NCBI RefSeq assembly: GCF_003018235.1
Contig: NZ_CP027437.1
From: Escherichia coli
GTDB taxonomy: Bacteria; Pseudomonadota; Gammaproteobacteria; Enterobacterales; Enterobacteriaceae
Length of the DNA stretch: 64,000 bases
Strand: one strand, 5' to 3'
The notes beneath the pieces are model-generated. The model worked only from the letters and a program-made list of their open reading frames with translations, did no database searches and had not been told where the DNA came from. Positions within the stretch are counted from its first letter, which is position 1; the number at the start of each line of letters is the position of its first letter. Of the stretch, positions 34,331 to 51,303 are shown one piece after another. The position numbers were made by a program, and so were the translations under genes.

Positions 34331-35049
34331 GCCTGTGGTTTACGACATTGCCGGGTGGCTCCAACCGCCTGGCGAATTCGTGGCTTGTTTTTACTCTGTT
34401 TCATCGGATTTAGCGTTAAAGGAATAGTCCGTTTCCGGGCGACAATAAGTTGTAAGCAACCAAGCGCAGGAATATGCGCATTCAATAGTTTTCCACCGTG
34501 TTTGTTCCACGGGAGAACGTGGAAACGGCTGGCGTGTAGCACTTCAAAATTCAACAAAGAGAGCCAGTCCAGCTGCCGCATCAGAGTAAACATCCGGCTG
34601 TTATAGGGAGAGGTTTTTCGCAATACCGGCACAAGTTTGCGTAATCCCATTAAACTGATGGGATTGAAGCCACTAATCACCAGCCAGCCATCATCAATCA
34701 ATACCCGATCGGCTTCACGCAATAAACGATGCGGATCGGTGCACCACGGCAATGTATGTGCCAGTAGACAAACATCAACGGATTTATCGGCAAAAGGAAG
34801 ATGAAGTGGGTCCGCCTGCACCTGGACGGGCATTCCTTGCGCAGAAACATTCACTTGATGAGAAACCGCGCACGCTTCGCAATTGATTTCTGCGCTTAAA
34901 TTGCCAATCTTAAGCAGATGAAAACCATACATTTTAGTGAACCACGGGTTGAGCTGGCGCTCCAGCGCCTTGCGATAAAGCTCTCCCCAGGGCAAATCGC
35001 CCCAGCAATCAGGAGCCACGACAGTTTGAGGGACTCTTGCCGGTTTCAT
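34327..35049 (-). CDS. yafS: SAM-dependent methyltransferase-like protein YafS, 240 aa
   Basis: Sequence and synteny between rnhA and gloB. Start taken at MKPARVPQ. Confidence 0.85.
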
Positions 35050-35079
35050 CACAACCTTCCGTTTCACACTGAGAGGTAA

Positions 35080-35838
<759 letters not shown>

Positions 35839-35909
35839 TAAAACTTTCTTGTCATCGGCTCCGTTCGCCGTTATGATCGGTCGTCTTTTAAGCAACTATT
35901 GACACACAC

Positions 35910-37268
35910 ATGAAGGCAAAAGCGATATTACTCGCCTCTGTCCTGCTCGTGGGTTGCCAGAGTACCGGCAACGTTCAACAGCACGCACAGAGCCTTTCTG
36001 CAGCTGGTCAAGGGGAAGCAGCAAAGTTTACAAGTCAGGCACGATGGATGGACGATGGGACGTCTATCGCGCCAGATGGTGACTTGTGGGCTTTCATTGG
36101 CGACGAGCTAAAGATGGGAATTCCGGAAAATGACCGGATTCGCGAACAGAAACAGAAATATTTACGCAATAAGAGCTATCTCCACGATGTAACTTTACGG
36201 GCAGAGCCGTATATGTACTGGATAGCCGGGCAAGTTAAAAAACGTAACATGCCTATGGAACTGGTACTACTACCCATAGTGGAGAGCGCTTTTGATCCTC
36301 ACGCAACGTCTGGCGCCAATGCAGCAGGCATCTGGCAGATCATTCCGAGCACGGGGCGCAATTATGGTTTGAAACAGACCCGCAATTATGACGCGCGTCG
36401 CGATGTTGTTGCTTCAACAACTGCCGCGCTGAACATGATGCAGCGTCTGAACAAGATGTTTGACGGCGACTGGCTTCTGACCGTAGCGGCTTATAACAGC
36501 GGCGAAGGTCGAGTCATGAAGGCAATTAAAACGAACAAAGCACGTGGGAAATCCACGGACTTTTGGTCGTTACCGTTGCCGCAGGAAACGAAGCAGTACG
36601 TGCCTAAAATGCTGGCATTGAGCGATATTCTCAAAAACAGTAAACGTTATGGTGTACGTCTGCCGACGACCGATGAAAGCCGTGCTCTGGCGCGTGTACA
36701 CCTGAGTAGCCCGGTTGATATGGCGAAGGTTGCAGATATGGCGGGAATTTCCGTCAGCAAGCTGAAGACATTCAACGCTGGTGTGAAAGGCTCCACGCTG
36801 GGCGCAAGTGGCCCGCAGTACGTGATGGTGCCAAAGAAGCATGCAGATCAACTGCGTGAATCTCTGGCTTCGGGCGAAATTGCTGCTGTACAGTCGACGC
36901 TGGTTGCCGACAATACGCCGCTTAACAGCCGTGTTTACACCGTACGCTCTGGCGACACGCTTTCAAGCATCGCTTCACGTCTCGGCGTAAGCACCAAAGA
37001 TTTGCAGCAGTGGAACAAACTGCGCGGCTCTAAGCTGAAACCAGGCCAAAGTCTGACGATTGGCGCAGGTAGTAGCGCACAGCGGTTGGCAAACAACAGC
37101 GATAGCATTACTTATCGTGTGCGCAAAGGCGATTCGCTTTCAAGCATTGCTAAACGCCACGGCGTGAACATCAAAGATGTGATGCGCTGGAACAGCGATA
37201 CTGCGAATCTGCAACCAGGCGATAAGCTGACGTTGTTTGTGAAAAACAACAACATGCCAGATTCCTGA
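35910..37268 (+). CDS. mltD: Membrane-bound lytic murein transglycosylase D, 452 aa
   Basis: Lipobox LLVGC, an SLT domain, and two C-terminal LysM repeats (YTVRSGDTLSSIA and YRVRKGDSLSSIA). Confidence 0.95.
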   Translation: MKAKAILLASVLLVGCQSTGNVQQHAQSLSAAGQGEAAKFTSQARWMDDGTSIAPDGDLWAFIGDELKMGIPENDRIREQKQKYLRNKSYLHDVTLRAEPYMYWIAGQVKKRNMPMELVLLPIVESAFDPHATSGANAAGIWQIIPSTGRNYGLKQTRNYDARRDVVASTTAALNMMQRLNKMFDGDWLLTVAAYNSGEGRVMKAIKTNKARGKSTDFWSLPLPQETKQYVPKMLALSDILKNSKRYGVRLPTTDESRALARVHLSSPVDMAKVADMAGISVSKLKTFNAGVKGSTLGASGPQYVMVPKKHADQLRESLASGEIAAVQSTLVADNTPLNSRVYTVRSGDTLSSIASRLGVSTKDLQQWNKLRGSKLKPGQSLTIGAGSSAQRLANNSDSITYRVRKGDSLSSIAKRHGVNIKDVMRWNSDTANLQPGDKLTLFVKNNNMPDS

Positions 37269-37282
37269 CAAACCAGATAATA

Positions 37283-37313
37283 AAAGGCACCGATTCCCCC
37301 GGTGCCTTTTTTA
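37283..37313. terminator. Bidirectional terminator between mltD and yafE
   Basis: Hairpin aaaaggcaccg / cggtgcctttt flanked by A- and T-runs. Confidence 0.75.
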
Positions 37314-37314
37314 T

Positions 37315-38085
37315 TTATGCCGCTTTATGTGCTTCTACCATGATGATATCACTGGTGAAAGAGCCATCATTCTGCAAGGCAAAATACGTTTTCACCTCTG
37401 TCGATGCGCTCTGTTGGTAAATGCGAATAGCGTCTACTAACGCTTCTGGCGTACGCATTCTCGCGACCCATGAAGAAAATTCTAGCGGTAACCTATCTGT
37501 AATTAAATTATCAACGATCAGATTGGCTTCATTGATTAACGTCAACCACTCACCGCTGGCGTAGTTTCGTACGTGAGAGATATCGCGTAATGCTTCTACC
37601 GTCTGTAACCAGACGTCGCGCACTGGGTGACCCGGAGACATTACGTCCATCACAATCAGCCTACCGCCAGGTTTCAATATCCTATTCACTTCTCGCAGTG
37701 CTGCACCAACATCATGCCAGTGATGGGCAGAATAACGGCTGATAACAATATCAAATGCGTTATCGGCAAATGGCAGACTTTCGGCATAACCCTGGCGGGT
37801 GGCGATATTTTTCAGTTGCCGGGCTTCGGCAGCTTGTGCCACGACATCCAGCATTTGGGCAGATAAGTCATACGCCACCACCGCGCTCACGTTTTGCGCA
37901 GCGACAAAGCTGGCATGCCCTGCTCCGCAGCCCATATCAAGTACACTTGCATCAGGATAATCAGCCAGACGCACCGCCAGGCGCTGTAAATCTCGCCCGG
38001 ATGCATGTACGGTACTGGTTAAATACTCACTGGCCTGCGAGCTAAACTGCTTTTCTACGTGGTCATGGTGGGATTGTGTTGTCAT
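37315..38085 (-). CDS. yafE: SAM-dependent methyltransferase YafE, 256 aa
   Basis: Motif I VLDMGCGAGH. Synteny. Confidence 0.88.
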   Translation of the reverse strand: MTTQSHHDHVEKQFSSQASEYLTSTVHASGRDLQRLAVRLADYPDASVLDMGCGAGHASFVAAQNVSAVVAYDLSAQMLDVVAQAAEARQLKNIATRQGYAESLPFADNAFDIVISRYSAHHWHDVGAALREVNRILKPGGRLIVMDVMSPGHPVRDVWLQTVEALRDISHVRNYASGEWLTLINEANLIVDNLITDRLPLEFSSWVARMRTPEALVDAIRIYQQSASTEVKTYFALQNDGSFTSDIIMVEAHKAA

Positions 38086-38161
38086 TGCGCTGTCCTTTTA
38101 TTGTTTGATTAAAAAGGGCAGCGCCAAACGTTGGTCTGCCCTGTGGCAGACCTGACATACC

Positions 38162-39013
<852 letters not shown>

Positions 39014-39202
39014 CTACTGTTATAGGGATTTTAGCTCACTCTTTCAACGAGCAATTGTATATTGTTATGTAAGCAAGTGCTTACACCGGTCAGAAATTTG
39101 CTCATTATTGAGAACATTAAATCGGATGACATATCACGCATCCTGATGGTTTAATGACAAATAAATTCAAAATATCTCATCTATTTTGCAACAGGAGCAA
39201 AA

Positions 39203-40117
39203 ATGAAAGCCACGTCGGAAGAACTCGCCATTTTTGTTTCGGTCGTCGAAAGCGGCAGCTTTAGCCGGGCAGCGGAACAATTAGGGCAAGCAAACTCAGC
39301 GGTAAGCCGGGCGGTGAAAAAGCTGGAGATGAAACTTGGCGTTAGCCTGCTTAATCGCACCACGCGACAACTTAGCCTAACGGAAGAAGGCGAGCGTTAT
39401 TTTCGTCGCGTACAGTCAATTTTGCAGGAGATGGCAGCGGCAGAATCAGAAATTATGGAGACGCGTAATACACCGCGTGGACTGTTGCGCATCGATGCCG
39501 CAACTCCAGTGGTGCTGCACTTTCTGATGCCGTTAATTAAGCCTTTCCGTGAACGCTATCCGGAAGTCACTTTATCGCTAGTCTCCTCCGAAACGATTAT
39601 TAATTTGATCGAAAGAAAAGTGGATGTCGCGATACGCGCTGGTACGTTAACGGATTCCAGCTTACGTGCCAGGCCGTTATTTAACAGTTATCGAAAAATT
39701 ATCGCCTCCCCCGATTATATTTCCCGCTACGGGAAGCCAGAAACGATCGACGATTTAAAGCAACATGTTTGCCTGGGATTCACTGAACCCGCTTCCCTCA
39801 ATACCTGGCCGATAGCCTGTAGTGATGGACAATTACATGAGGTGAAGTACGGTTTGTCATCCAATAGTGGGGAAACACTGAAACAGCTTTGCCTGAGTGG
39901 CAACGGGATTGCGTGTTTGTCCGACTACATGATCGACAGAGAAATCGCTCGCGGAGAATTGGTGGAGTTAATGGCAGATAAAGTATTGCCAGTGGAAATG
40001 CCATTTAGTGCAGTCTATTACAGCGACCGTGCGGTAAGTACGCGCATCCGGGCTTTTATCGATTTCCTTAGCGAGCATGTAAAAACAGCTCCCGGAGGAG
40101 CTGTCAGAGAGGCTTAA
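39203..40117 (+). CDS. yafC: LysR-family transcriptional regulator YafC, 304 aa
   Basis: N-terminal wHTH ([23 protein letters not shown]). Synteny. Confidence 0.9.
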
Positions 40118-40916
40118 TCCCATTCAGGAGCCAGACCTTCCGGGCTAACCAGGCGATCGTTGCAATCCAGTGCGGCGATCGCTTTTTTATCTTCGGCATC
40201 AAGCTGTAAATTTTGTGCCTTAAGATTACTTTCCAGGTTTTTACGTTTAGTAGAAGAAGGAATTACGGAGTAACCTTCCCCCATAGCCCACGCCAGAATC
40301 ACTTGTGCCGGAGTCGCATTGTGTTTAGCTGCGATACGAGCAATAACCTCATCTTTCAGGGCCTTACCATACGCCAGTGTCATATAGGAAGTAATATGGA
40401 TGCCGTGCTGTTTAGCCAGGCAACCACTTTACGGTTTTGCAGATAAGGAGAGAGTTCAATCTGGTTAGTAGCGATGTTTTCAGCGCCAACAGCAGCAATC
40501 GCCTTTTCCATCAATGGGATCGTGAAGTTGGAAATACCGATCTCACGCGTCAGCCCTTGTTTTTTGGCTTCCAGCAGCGCCTGCATAAACTCTTCAACAG
40601 AGACTTCATCGTTTGGTGACGGCCAGTGGATTAGCGTCAGATCAACATAATCGATACGCAATTTTTGCAGGCTCTCTTTCAGACTCGGGATCAATTTGTC
40701 TTTGCTGAGATTTTCAATCCAGATTTTAGTGGTGATGTAGAGTTCATGACGTGGCACGCCACTTTCTGCAATCGCGTGACCTACTGCGGCTTCGTTATCA
40801 TAGATTTGTGCGGTATCAATTGCGCGATAACCAAGTTCAAGCGCCGTTTTCACAGATGAAATAACAACGTCGTCTTTCAGACGGAAAGTACCTAAACCAA
40901 ATGCAGGGATAGCCAT
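40114..40916 (-). pseudogene. dkgB: 2,5-diketo-D-gluconate reductase B (aldo-keto reductase) disrupted by a 1-nt frameshift
   Basis: Two abutting ORFs, 40380-40916 (178 aa) and 40114-40383 (89 aa), together cover a full AKR. The frame changes after ...NRKVVAW near nt 40415-40420, and the first ORF ends in the out-of-frame tail [11 protein letters not shown]. Confidence 0.85.
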
Positions 40917-41033
40917 AATATGCCTCTTTTAATGCTTTTCGTTAACTGAGGTGATTATGGGCTTCAGACTGTTGCGGAAAAAGAGCGTAAAACGCAGAGG
41001 ATTTTTGCGATTCTGGCAATAATAGATATCCAG

Positions 41034-41064
41034 ACGAAAAAAAACCTCGAGCGTTAACTCGAGG
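41034..41064 (-). terminator. rrnH operon terminator (distal to aspU)
   Basis: Hairpin cctcgag-cgttaa-ctcgagg followed by a T-run on the minus strand. Confidence 0.75.
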
Positions 41065-41076
41065 ATTCTTAATAAG

Positions 41077-41153
41077 TGGCGGAACGGACGGGACTCGAAC
41101 CCGCGACCCCCTGCGTGACAGGCAGGTATTCTAACCGACTGAACTACCGCTCC
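41077..41153 (-). tRNA. aspU: tRNA-Asp (GUC), distal tRNA of rrnH
   Basis: Identical 77-nt sequence to the copy at 32858-32934. Confidence 0.97.
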
Positions 41154-41205
41154 ACCGAATTCTTTTACAACCACCGGTTTTATGACCGGCTTACTGCTTA
41201 ATTTG

Positions 41206-41325
41206 ATGCCTGGCAGTTCCCTACTCTCGCATGGGGAGACCCCACACTACCATCGGCGCTACGGCGTTTCACTTCTGAGTTCGGCATGGGGTCAGGTGGG
41301 ACCACCGCGCTAAGGCCGCCAGGCA
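41206..41325 (-). rRNA. rrfH: 5S ribosomal RNA
   Basis: The reverse complement matches E. coli 5S (TGCCTGGCGGCC...CTGCCAGGCAT), 120 nt. Confidence 0.97.
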
Positions 41326-41417
41326 AATTCTGTTTCATCAGACCGCTTCTGCGTTCTGATTTAATCTGTATCAGGCTGAAAATCTTCTCTCATCCGCCAA
41401 AACAGCTTCGGCGTTGT

Positions 41418-44321
<2,904 letters not shown>

Positions 44322-44504
44322 TCACAACCCGAAGATGTTTCTTTCGATTCATCATCGTGTTGCGAAAATTTGAGAGACTCACGAACAACTTTCGTTGTTC
44401 AGTGTTTCAATTTTCAGCTTGATCCAGATTTTTAAAGAGCAAAACTTCGCAGTGAACCTTTGCAGGTACACTCTGAAATATTTTTTATTTAATCACTACA
44501 GAGA

Positions 44505-44580
44505 TGGTGGAGCTATGCGGGATCGAACCGCAGACCTCCTGCGTGCAAAGCAGGCGCTCTCCCAGCTGAGCTATAGCCCC
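44505..44580 (-). tRNA. alaV: tRNA-Ala (UGC), spacer tRNA
   Basis: The reverse complement reads GGGGCTATAGCTCAGCTGGGAGAGCGCCTGCTTTGCACGCAGGAGGTCTGCGGTTCGATCCCGCATAGCTCCACCA. Confidence 0.97.
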
Positions 44581-44622
44581 ATAACATGTAGTTAAAACCT
44601 CTTCAAATTTGCGGTGCAAATT

Positions 44623-44699
<77 letters not shown>

Positions 44700-44767
44700 G
44701 TAGAGGTTTTACTGCTCATTTTCATCAGACAATCTGTGTGAGCACTGCAAAGTACGCTTCTTTAAGG

Positions 44768-46309
<1,542 letters not shown>

Positions 46310-46440
46310 AAAAGTTTGATGCTCAAAGAATTAAACTTCGTAATGAATTACGTGTTCACTCTTGAGACTTGGTATTCATTTTTCGTCTTGCGACGTTAAG
46401 AATCCGTATCTTCGAGTGCCCACACAGATTGTCTGATAAA

Positions 46441-46453
46441 TTGTTAAAGAGCA
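46441..46453 (-). promoter_or_regulatory. rrn leader antitermination boxA
   Basis: The minus strand reads TGCTCTTTAACAA. Confidence 0.85.
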
Positions 46454-46493
46454 GTTGCGACGCGGCTTTCAGCTCACTGTCGCGAGGTGGCGT

Positions 46494-46521
46494 ATATTAC
46501 ACTTTCCTCTTTCAGAGTCAA
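46494..46521 (-). promoter_or_regulatory. rrnH P2 promoter
   Basis: The minus strand reads TTGACT-N16-TAATAT (ttgactctgaaagaggaaagtgtaatat). Confidence 0.8.
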
Positions 46522-46603
46522 CCCTGAATTTCAGGATTTTTCTCTTCAACCGAACCGGCTGTTTGTGTGAAGTGATTCACATCCGCCGTGTCGATGGAGG
46601 CGC

Positions 46604-46632
46604 ATTATAGGGAGTCGGCTCAGGAAGACAAG
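46604..46632 (-). promoter_or_regulatory. rrnH P1 promoter, with an upstream A/T-rich UP-like region
   Basis: The minus strand reads CTTGTC...TATAAT followed by GCGCC (cttgtcttcctgagccgactccctataatgcgcc). An A/T-rich tract lies at 46633-46660. Confidence 0.8.
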
Positions 46633-46674
46633 CGGAAAAATGCATTTTTATGTCAACCGCTCATCTTTTAATCA

Positions 46675-47247
46675 TTACGCCGGTTTTTGCTGCTTTTTTA
46701 TCGCTTGCGGCAGGTCTGCCAGGCTATTTAACACCCAATCCGCCGCGTTTTCTGCTTCAGGCGTAACAGGTTTACCCGTACGCACCAGCACTTTTGTTCC
46801 CACGTTCGCCGCAGCCGCTGCCTGCATATCTTCTAATTTATCGCCCACCATATAAGAAGCGGCCATATCAATATGCAAATAATCGCGTGCTGACAAAAGC
46901 ATCCCCGGATGTGGTTTGCGGCAGTCGCAGACCTGGCGAAACTCTTCAACACTACCCTGCGGATGATGCGGGCAATAATAGATACCATCCAGATCGACAT
47001 CGCGGTCCGCCAGCGACCAGTCCATCCACTCGGTCAGCGTTTCAAACTGTGCTTCAGTAAATTTACCGCGAGCAATGCCAGACTGGTTGGTTACTACCAC
47101 CAGCGCAAAGCCCATTTTTTTTAGCTCGCGCATGGCGTCAATAACACCGTCGATAAATTCAAAGTTGTCGATCTCGTGGACATAGCCGTGATCGACATTA
47201 ATGGTGCCATCACGGTCAAGAAAAATTGCGGGTACGCTCTTCGCCAC
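46675..47247 (-). CDS. gmhB: D-glycero-beta-D-manno-heptose-1,7-bisphosphate 7-phosphatase
   Basis: HAD motif FLDRDGT. Full-length recall match. Synteny next to rrnH. Confidence 0.95.
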   Translation of the reverse strand: MAKSVPAIFLDRDGTINVDHGYVHEIDNFEFIDGVIDAMRELKKMGFALVVVTNQSGIARGKFTEAQFETLTEWMDWSLADRDVDLDGIYYCPHHPQGSVEEFRQVCDCRKPHPGMLLSARDYLHIDMAASYMVGDKLEDMQAAAAANVGTKVLVRTGKPVTPEAENAADWVLNSLADLPQAIKKQQKPA

Positions 47248-47336
47248 CTTTTATAGCTCCTTAATAAGGCATGTGACGCTAGTATCGCATGTTTCGACCA
47301 GCAAGAAAGTGCTCTTCGCATAAACCTGATTGATTT

Positions 47337-47360
47337 AGACGTCTGGATGCCTTAACATCC
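47337..47360 (+). promoter_or_regulatory. MetJ operator (tandem met boxes) upstream of metN
   Basis: AGACGTCT (a perfect 8-bp met box) followed by two degenerate boxes, GGATGCCT and TAACATCC, about 75 nt upstream of metN. Confidence 0.65.
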
Positions 47361-47434
47361 ATTTCATTGACGGCGTTGCCCGTTCCAGGCATTCGAAATG
47401 CCACGACTAACTTAATGACGATAATAAATAATCA

Positions 47435-48466
47435 ATGATAAAACTTTCGAATATCACCAAAGTGTTCCACCAGGGCACCCGCACCATCCAGGCGTTGAAC
47501 AACGTCAGCCTGCATGTGCCAGCTGGACAAATTTATGGCGTTATCGGTGCCTCAGGCGCGGGTAAGAGTACGCTTATACGTTGTGTAAACCTGCTGGAGC
47601 GCCCAACCGAGGGTAGCGTGCTGGTCGATGGCCAGGAACTGACCACGCTGTCAGAATCCGAGTTGACCAAAGCTCGCCGCCAGATTGGTATGATTTTCCA
47701 GCATTTTAACCTGCTCTCTTCGCGTACTGTTTTTGGCAACGTGGCTCTGCCGCTGGAGCTGGACAACACACCGAAAGATGAGATCAAACGTCGCGTGACG
47801 GAATTGCTGTCATTGGTTGGTCTTGGCGATAAGCATGATAGCTACCCGTCGAATCTTTCCGGTGGGCAGAAACAGCGTGTGGCGATTGCCCGTGCGTTAG
47901 CCAGCAATCCCAAAGTATTGCTGTGTGATGAGGCCACCAGCGCGCTGGATCCGGCAACGACACGTTCTATTCTCGAACTGCTGAAAGACATCAACCGCCG
48001 TCTGGGTTTGACGATTCTGTTGATCACCCACGAAATGGACGTTGTGAAGCGCATTTGTGATTGCGTGGCGGTCATCAGCAATGGCGAACTGATCGAGCAG
48101 GACACGGTAAGTGAAGTGTTCTCGCATCCGAAAACGCCGCTGGCGCAGAAGTTTATTCAGTCGACCCTGCATCTGGATATCCCGGAAGATTACCAGGAAC
48201 GTCTGCAAGCGGAGCCATTCACTGACTGCGTGCCGATGCTGCGTCTGGAGTTTACCGGTCAATCGGTCGATGCCCCACTGCTTTCTGAAACCGCGCGTCG
48301 TTTCAACGTCAACAACAACATTATTAGCGCGCAGATGGATTACGCCGGTGGCGTTAAGTTCGGCATCATGCTGACTGAAATGCACGGCACACAACAAGAT
48401 ACGCAAGCCGCCATTGCCTGGCTGCAGGAACACCATGTAAAAGTAGAGGTACTGGGTTATGTCTGA
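47435..48466 (+). CDS. metN: Methionine ABC transporter ATP-binding protein, 343 aa
   Basis: Walker [10 protein letters not shown], signature LSGGQKQR, and a C-terminal NIL domain. Confidence 0.96.
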
Positions 48467-49112
48467 GCCGATGATGTGGCTGCTGGTTCGTGGCGTATGG
48501 GAAACGCTGGCAATGACCTTCGTATCCGGATTTTTTGGGTTTGTGATTGGTCTGCCGGTTGGCGTCCTGCTTTATGTCACGCGTCCGGGGCAAATTATTG
48601 CTAACGCGAAGCTGTATCGTACCGTTTCTGCGATTGTGAACATTTTCCGTTCTATCCCGTTCATTATCTTGCTGGTATGGATGATTCCGTTTACCCGAGT
48701 TATTGTCGGTACATCGATTGGTTTGCAGGCAGCGATTGTTCCGTTAACCGTTGGTGCAGCACCGTTTATTGCCCGTATGGTCGAGAACGCTCTGCTGGAG
48801 ATCCCAACCGGGTTAATTGAAGCTTCCCGCGCAATGGGTGCCACGCCAATGCAGATCGTCCGTAAAGTGCTGTTACCGGAAGCGTTGCCGGGTCTGGTGA
48901 ATGCGGCAACTATCACCCTGATTACCCTGGTCGGTTATTCCGCGATGGGTGGTGCAGTCGGTGCCGGTGGTTTAGGTCAGATTGGCTATCAGTATGGCTA
49001 CATCGGCTACAACGCGACGGTGATGAATACGGTACTGGTATTGCTGGTCATTCTGGTTTATTTAATTCAGTTCGCAGGCGACCGCATCGTCCGGGCTGTC
49101 ACTCGCAAGTAA
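48459..49112 (+). CDS. metI: Methionine ABC transporter permease, 217 aa
   Basis: Polytopic permease. Overlaps the metN stop. Synteny. Confidence 0.95.
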
Positions 49113-49151
49113 CGTTCAACACAACATAAATAATTGAAGAAGGAATAAGGT

Positions 49152-49967
49152 ATGGCGTTCAAATTCAAAACCTTTGCGGCAGTGGGAGCCCTGATTGGAT
49201 CACTGGCACTGGTAGGCTGCGGTCAGGATGAAAAAGATCCAAACCACATTAAAGTCGGCGTGATTGTTGGTGCCGAACAGCAGGTTGCAGAAGTCGCGCA
49301 GAAAGTTGCGAAAGACAAATATGGTCTGGACGTTGAGCTCGTAACCTTCAACGACTATGTTCTGCCAAACGAAGCATTGAGCAAAGGCGATATCGACGCC
49401 AACGCCTTCCAGCATAAACCGTACCTTGATCAGCAACTGAAAGATCGTGGCTACAAACTGGTCGCAGTAGGCAACACTTTTGTTTATCCGATTGCAGGTT
49501 ACTCCAAGAAAATCAAATCACTGGATGAACTGCAGGATGGTTCGCAGGTTGCCGTGCCAAACGACCCAACTAACCTTGGTCGTTCACTGCTGCTGCTGCA
49601 AAAAGTGGGCTTGATCAAACTGAAAGATGGCGTTGGCCTGCTGCCGACCGTTCTTGATGTTGTTGAGAACCCCAAAAATCTGAAAATTGTTGAGCTGGAA
49701 GCACCGCAGCTGCCGCGTTCTCTGGACGACGCGCAAATCGCTCTGGCAGTTATCAATACCACCTATGCCAGCCAGATTGGCCTGACTCCGGCGAAAGACG
49801 GTATCTTTGTCGAAGATAAAGAGTCCCCGTACGTAAACCTGATCGTAACGCGTGAAGATAACAAAGACGCCGAGAACGTGAAGAAATTCGTCCAGGCTTA
49901 TCAGTCTGACGAAGTTTACGAAGCAGCAAACAAAGTGTTTAACGGCGGCGCTGTTAAAGGCTGGTAA
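49152..49967 (+). CDS. metQ: Methionine-binding lipoprotein, 271 aa
   Basis: Lipobox LVGCG. NlpA family. Confidence 0.95.
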   Translation: MAFKFKTFAAVGALIGSLALVGCGQDEKDPNHIKVGVIVGAEQQVAEVAQKVAKDKYGLDVELVTFNDYVLPNEALSKGDIDANAFQHKPYLDQQLKDRGYKLVAVGNTFVYPIAGYSKKIKSLDELQDGSQVAVPNDPTNLGRSLLLLQKVGLIKLKDGVGLLPTVLDVVENPKNLKIVELEAPQLPRSLDDAQIALAVINTTYASQIGLTPAKDGIFVEDKESPYVNLIVTREDNKDAENVKKFVQAYQSDEVYEAANKVFNGGAVKGW

Positions 49968-50084
49968 TTTTTAGGCTGTTTCCACAATTTGTAATATCAT
50001 TCAGGACGGGCGCTTGCCCGTCTTGTCATTTCTACAAGCTCCTGATTCAATATTGACGTTTTGATCATACATTGAGGAAATACT

Positions 50085-50489
50085 ATGCGTGCTTTACCGA
50101 TCTGTTTAGTAGCACTCATGCTAAGCGGCTGTTCCATGTTAAGCAGATCCCCTGTCGAACCCGTTCAAAGCACTGCACCCCAGCCGAAAGCGGAGCCTGC
50201 AAAACCGAAAGCGCCGCGCGCCACGCCGGTCCGAATTTATACCAATGCAGAAGAATTAGTCGGCAAACCGTTCCGCGATCTCGGTGAAGTCAGTGGCGAC
50301 TCTTGCCAGGCCTCTAATCAGGACTCTCCGCCGAGCATTCCAACCGCGCGTAAGCGGATGCAAATCAACGCCTCGAAAATGAAAGCCAATGCGGTATTAC
50401 TGCATAGCTGCGAAGTCACCAGCGGTACGCCAGGCTGCTATCGTCAGGCTGTATGTATCGGTTCTGCGCTTAACATTACGGCGAAATGA
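50085..50489 (+). CDS. rcsF: Outer-membrane lipoprotein RcsF (Rcs phosphorelay sensor), 134 aa
   Basis: Lipobox LMLSGCS, a Pro/Lys-rich linker, and four Cys in the C-terminal domain. Confidence 0.93.
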   Translation: MRALPICLVALMLSGCSMLSRSPVEPVQSTAPQPKAEPAKPKAPRATPVRIYTNAEELVGKPFRDLGEVSGDSCQASNQDSPPSIPTARKRMQINASKMKANAVLLHSCEVTSGTPGCYRQAVCIGSALNITAK

Positions 50490-51193
50490 GCAGTTTCCAG
50501 TTCGAGCAAATAGGCGTTATTCGCTCGCCCTATAAAGAAAAATTCGCCGTTCCGCGCCAGCCAGGTCTGGTAAAAAGCGCCAACGGCGAACTGCATCTCA
50601 TTGCTCCCTACAACCAGGCCGACGCCGTTCGCGGCCTGGAAGCGTTCAGTCATTTATGGATCCTTTTCGTCTTTCATCAAACGATGGAAGGCGGCTGGCG
50701 TCCGACTGTGCGTCCACCGCGCCTCGGCGGTAATACCAGAATGGGTGTTTTCGCTACGCGCTCCACTTTCCGCCCTAACCCGATTGGTATGTCGCTGGTA
50801 GAGCTGAAAGAGGTTGTTTGCCATAAAGACAGCGTGATTCTGAAGCTCGGCAGTCTGGATCTGGTAGATGGGACGCCGGTGGTGGATATCAAACCGTATC
50901 TCCCCTTTGCCGAATCGCTTCCCGATGCCAGTGCCAGCTATGCGCAAAGTGCGCCAGCTGCAGAGATGGCGGTGAGTTTTACCGCAGAGGTCGAAAAGCA
51001 GCTTTTGACGCTGGAGAAGCGTTATCCGCAGTTAACGCTGTTTATCCGCGAAGTACTGGCGCAGGACCCGCGCCCGGCCTATCGTAAAGGTGAGGAAACG
51101 GGCAAAACCTATGCCGTCTGGCTGCATGATTTTAACGTTCGCTGGCGCGTCACCGACGCAGGTTTTGAAGTCTTTGCGCTGGAACCGCGTTAA
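50486..51193 (+). CDS. tsaA: tRNA (m6t6A37) methyltransferase TsaA/YaeB, 235 aa
   Basis: Sequence recall (IGVIRSPYKEKFAVPRQPG). Synteny. Confidence 0.9.
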   Translation: MSSFQFEQIGVIRSPYKEKFAVPRQPGLVKSANGELHLIAPYNQADAVRGLEAFSHLWILFVFHQTMEGGWRPTVRPPRLGGNTRMGVFATRSTFRPNPIGMSLVELKEVVCHKDSVILKLGSLDLVDGTPVVDIKPYLPFAESLPDASASYAQSAPAAEMAVSFTAEVEKQLLTLEKRYPQLTLFIREVLAQDPRPAYRKGEETGKTYAVWLHDFNVRWRVTDAGFEVFALEPR

Positions 51194-51303
51194 ATTCACG
51201 CCCTTCTCTTTTGACATTTCTTTTGCACTGGTAAACTAAATCACTTTTTTTGTCCCAGGCTCACCTTGAGCCTGTTCTACCTTCCAACTGGAACCGTAAC
51301 AAC

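Noticed and set aside
41206-41325. The 5S rRNA reads ...GCGCTAAGGCCGCC... where I remember ...GCGCTACGGCCGCC...
   Set aside because: A single-base difference from memory. rrf genes are known to be slightly heterogeneous, and I cannot verify the reference, so it is not reportable.
51250-51303. An upstream TTG-initiated extension of the proS ORF. Similar tool-generated N-terminal extensions occur for dnaQ, rnhA, yafS, yaeF, yaeP and yaeR.
   Set aside because: The canonical Met starts match the known protein N-termini and have better spacing to SD-like sequences. The extensions are non-ATG artefacts of longest-ORF calling.
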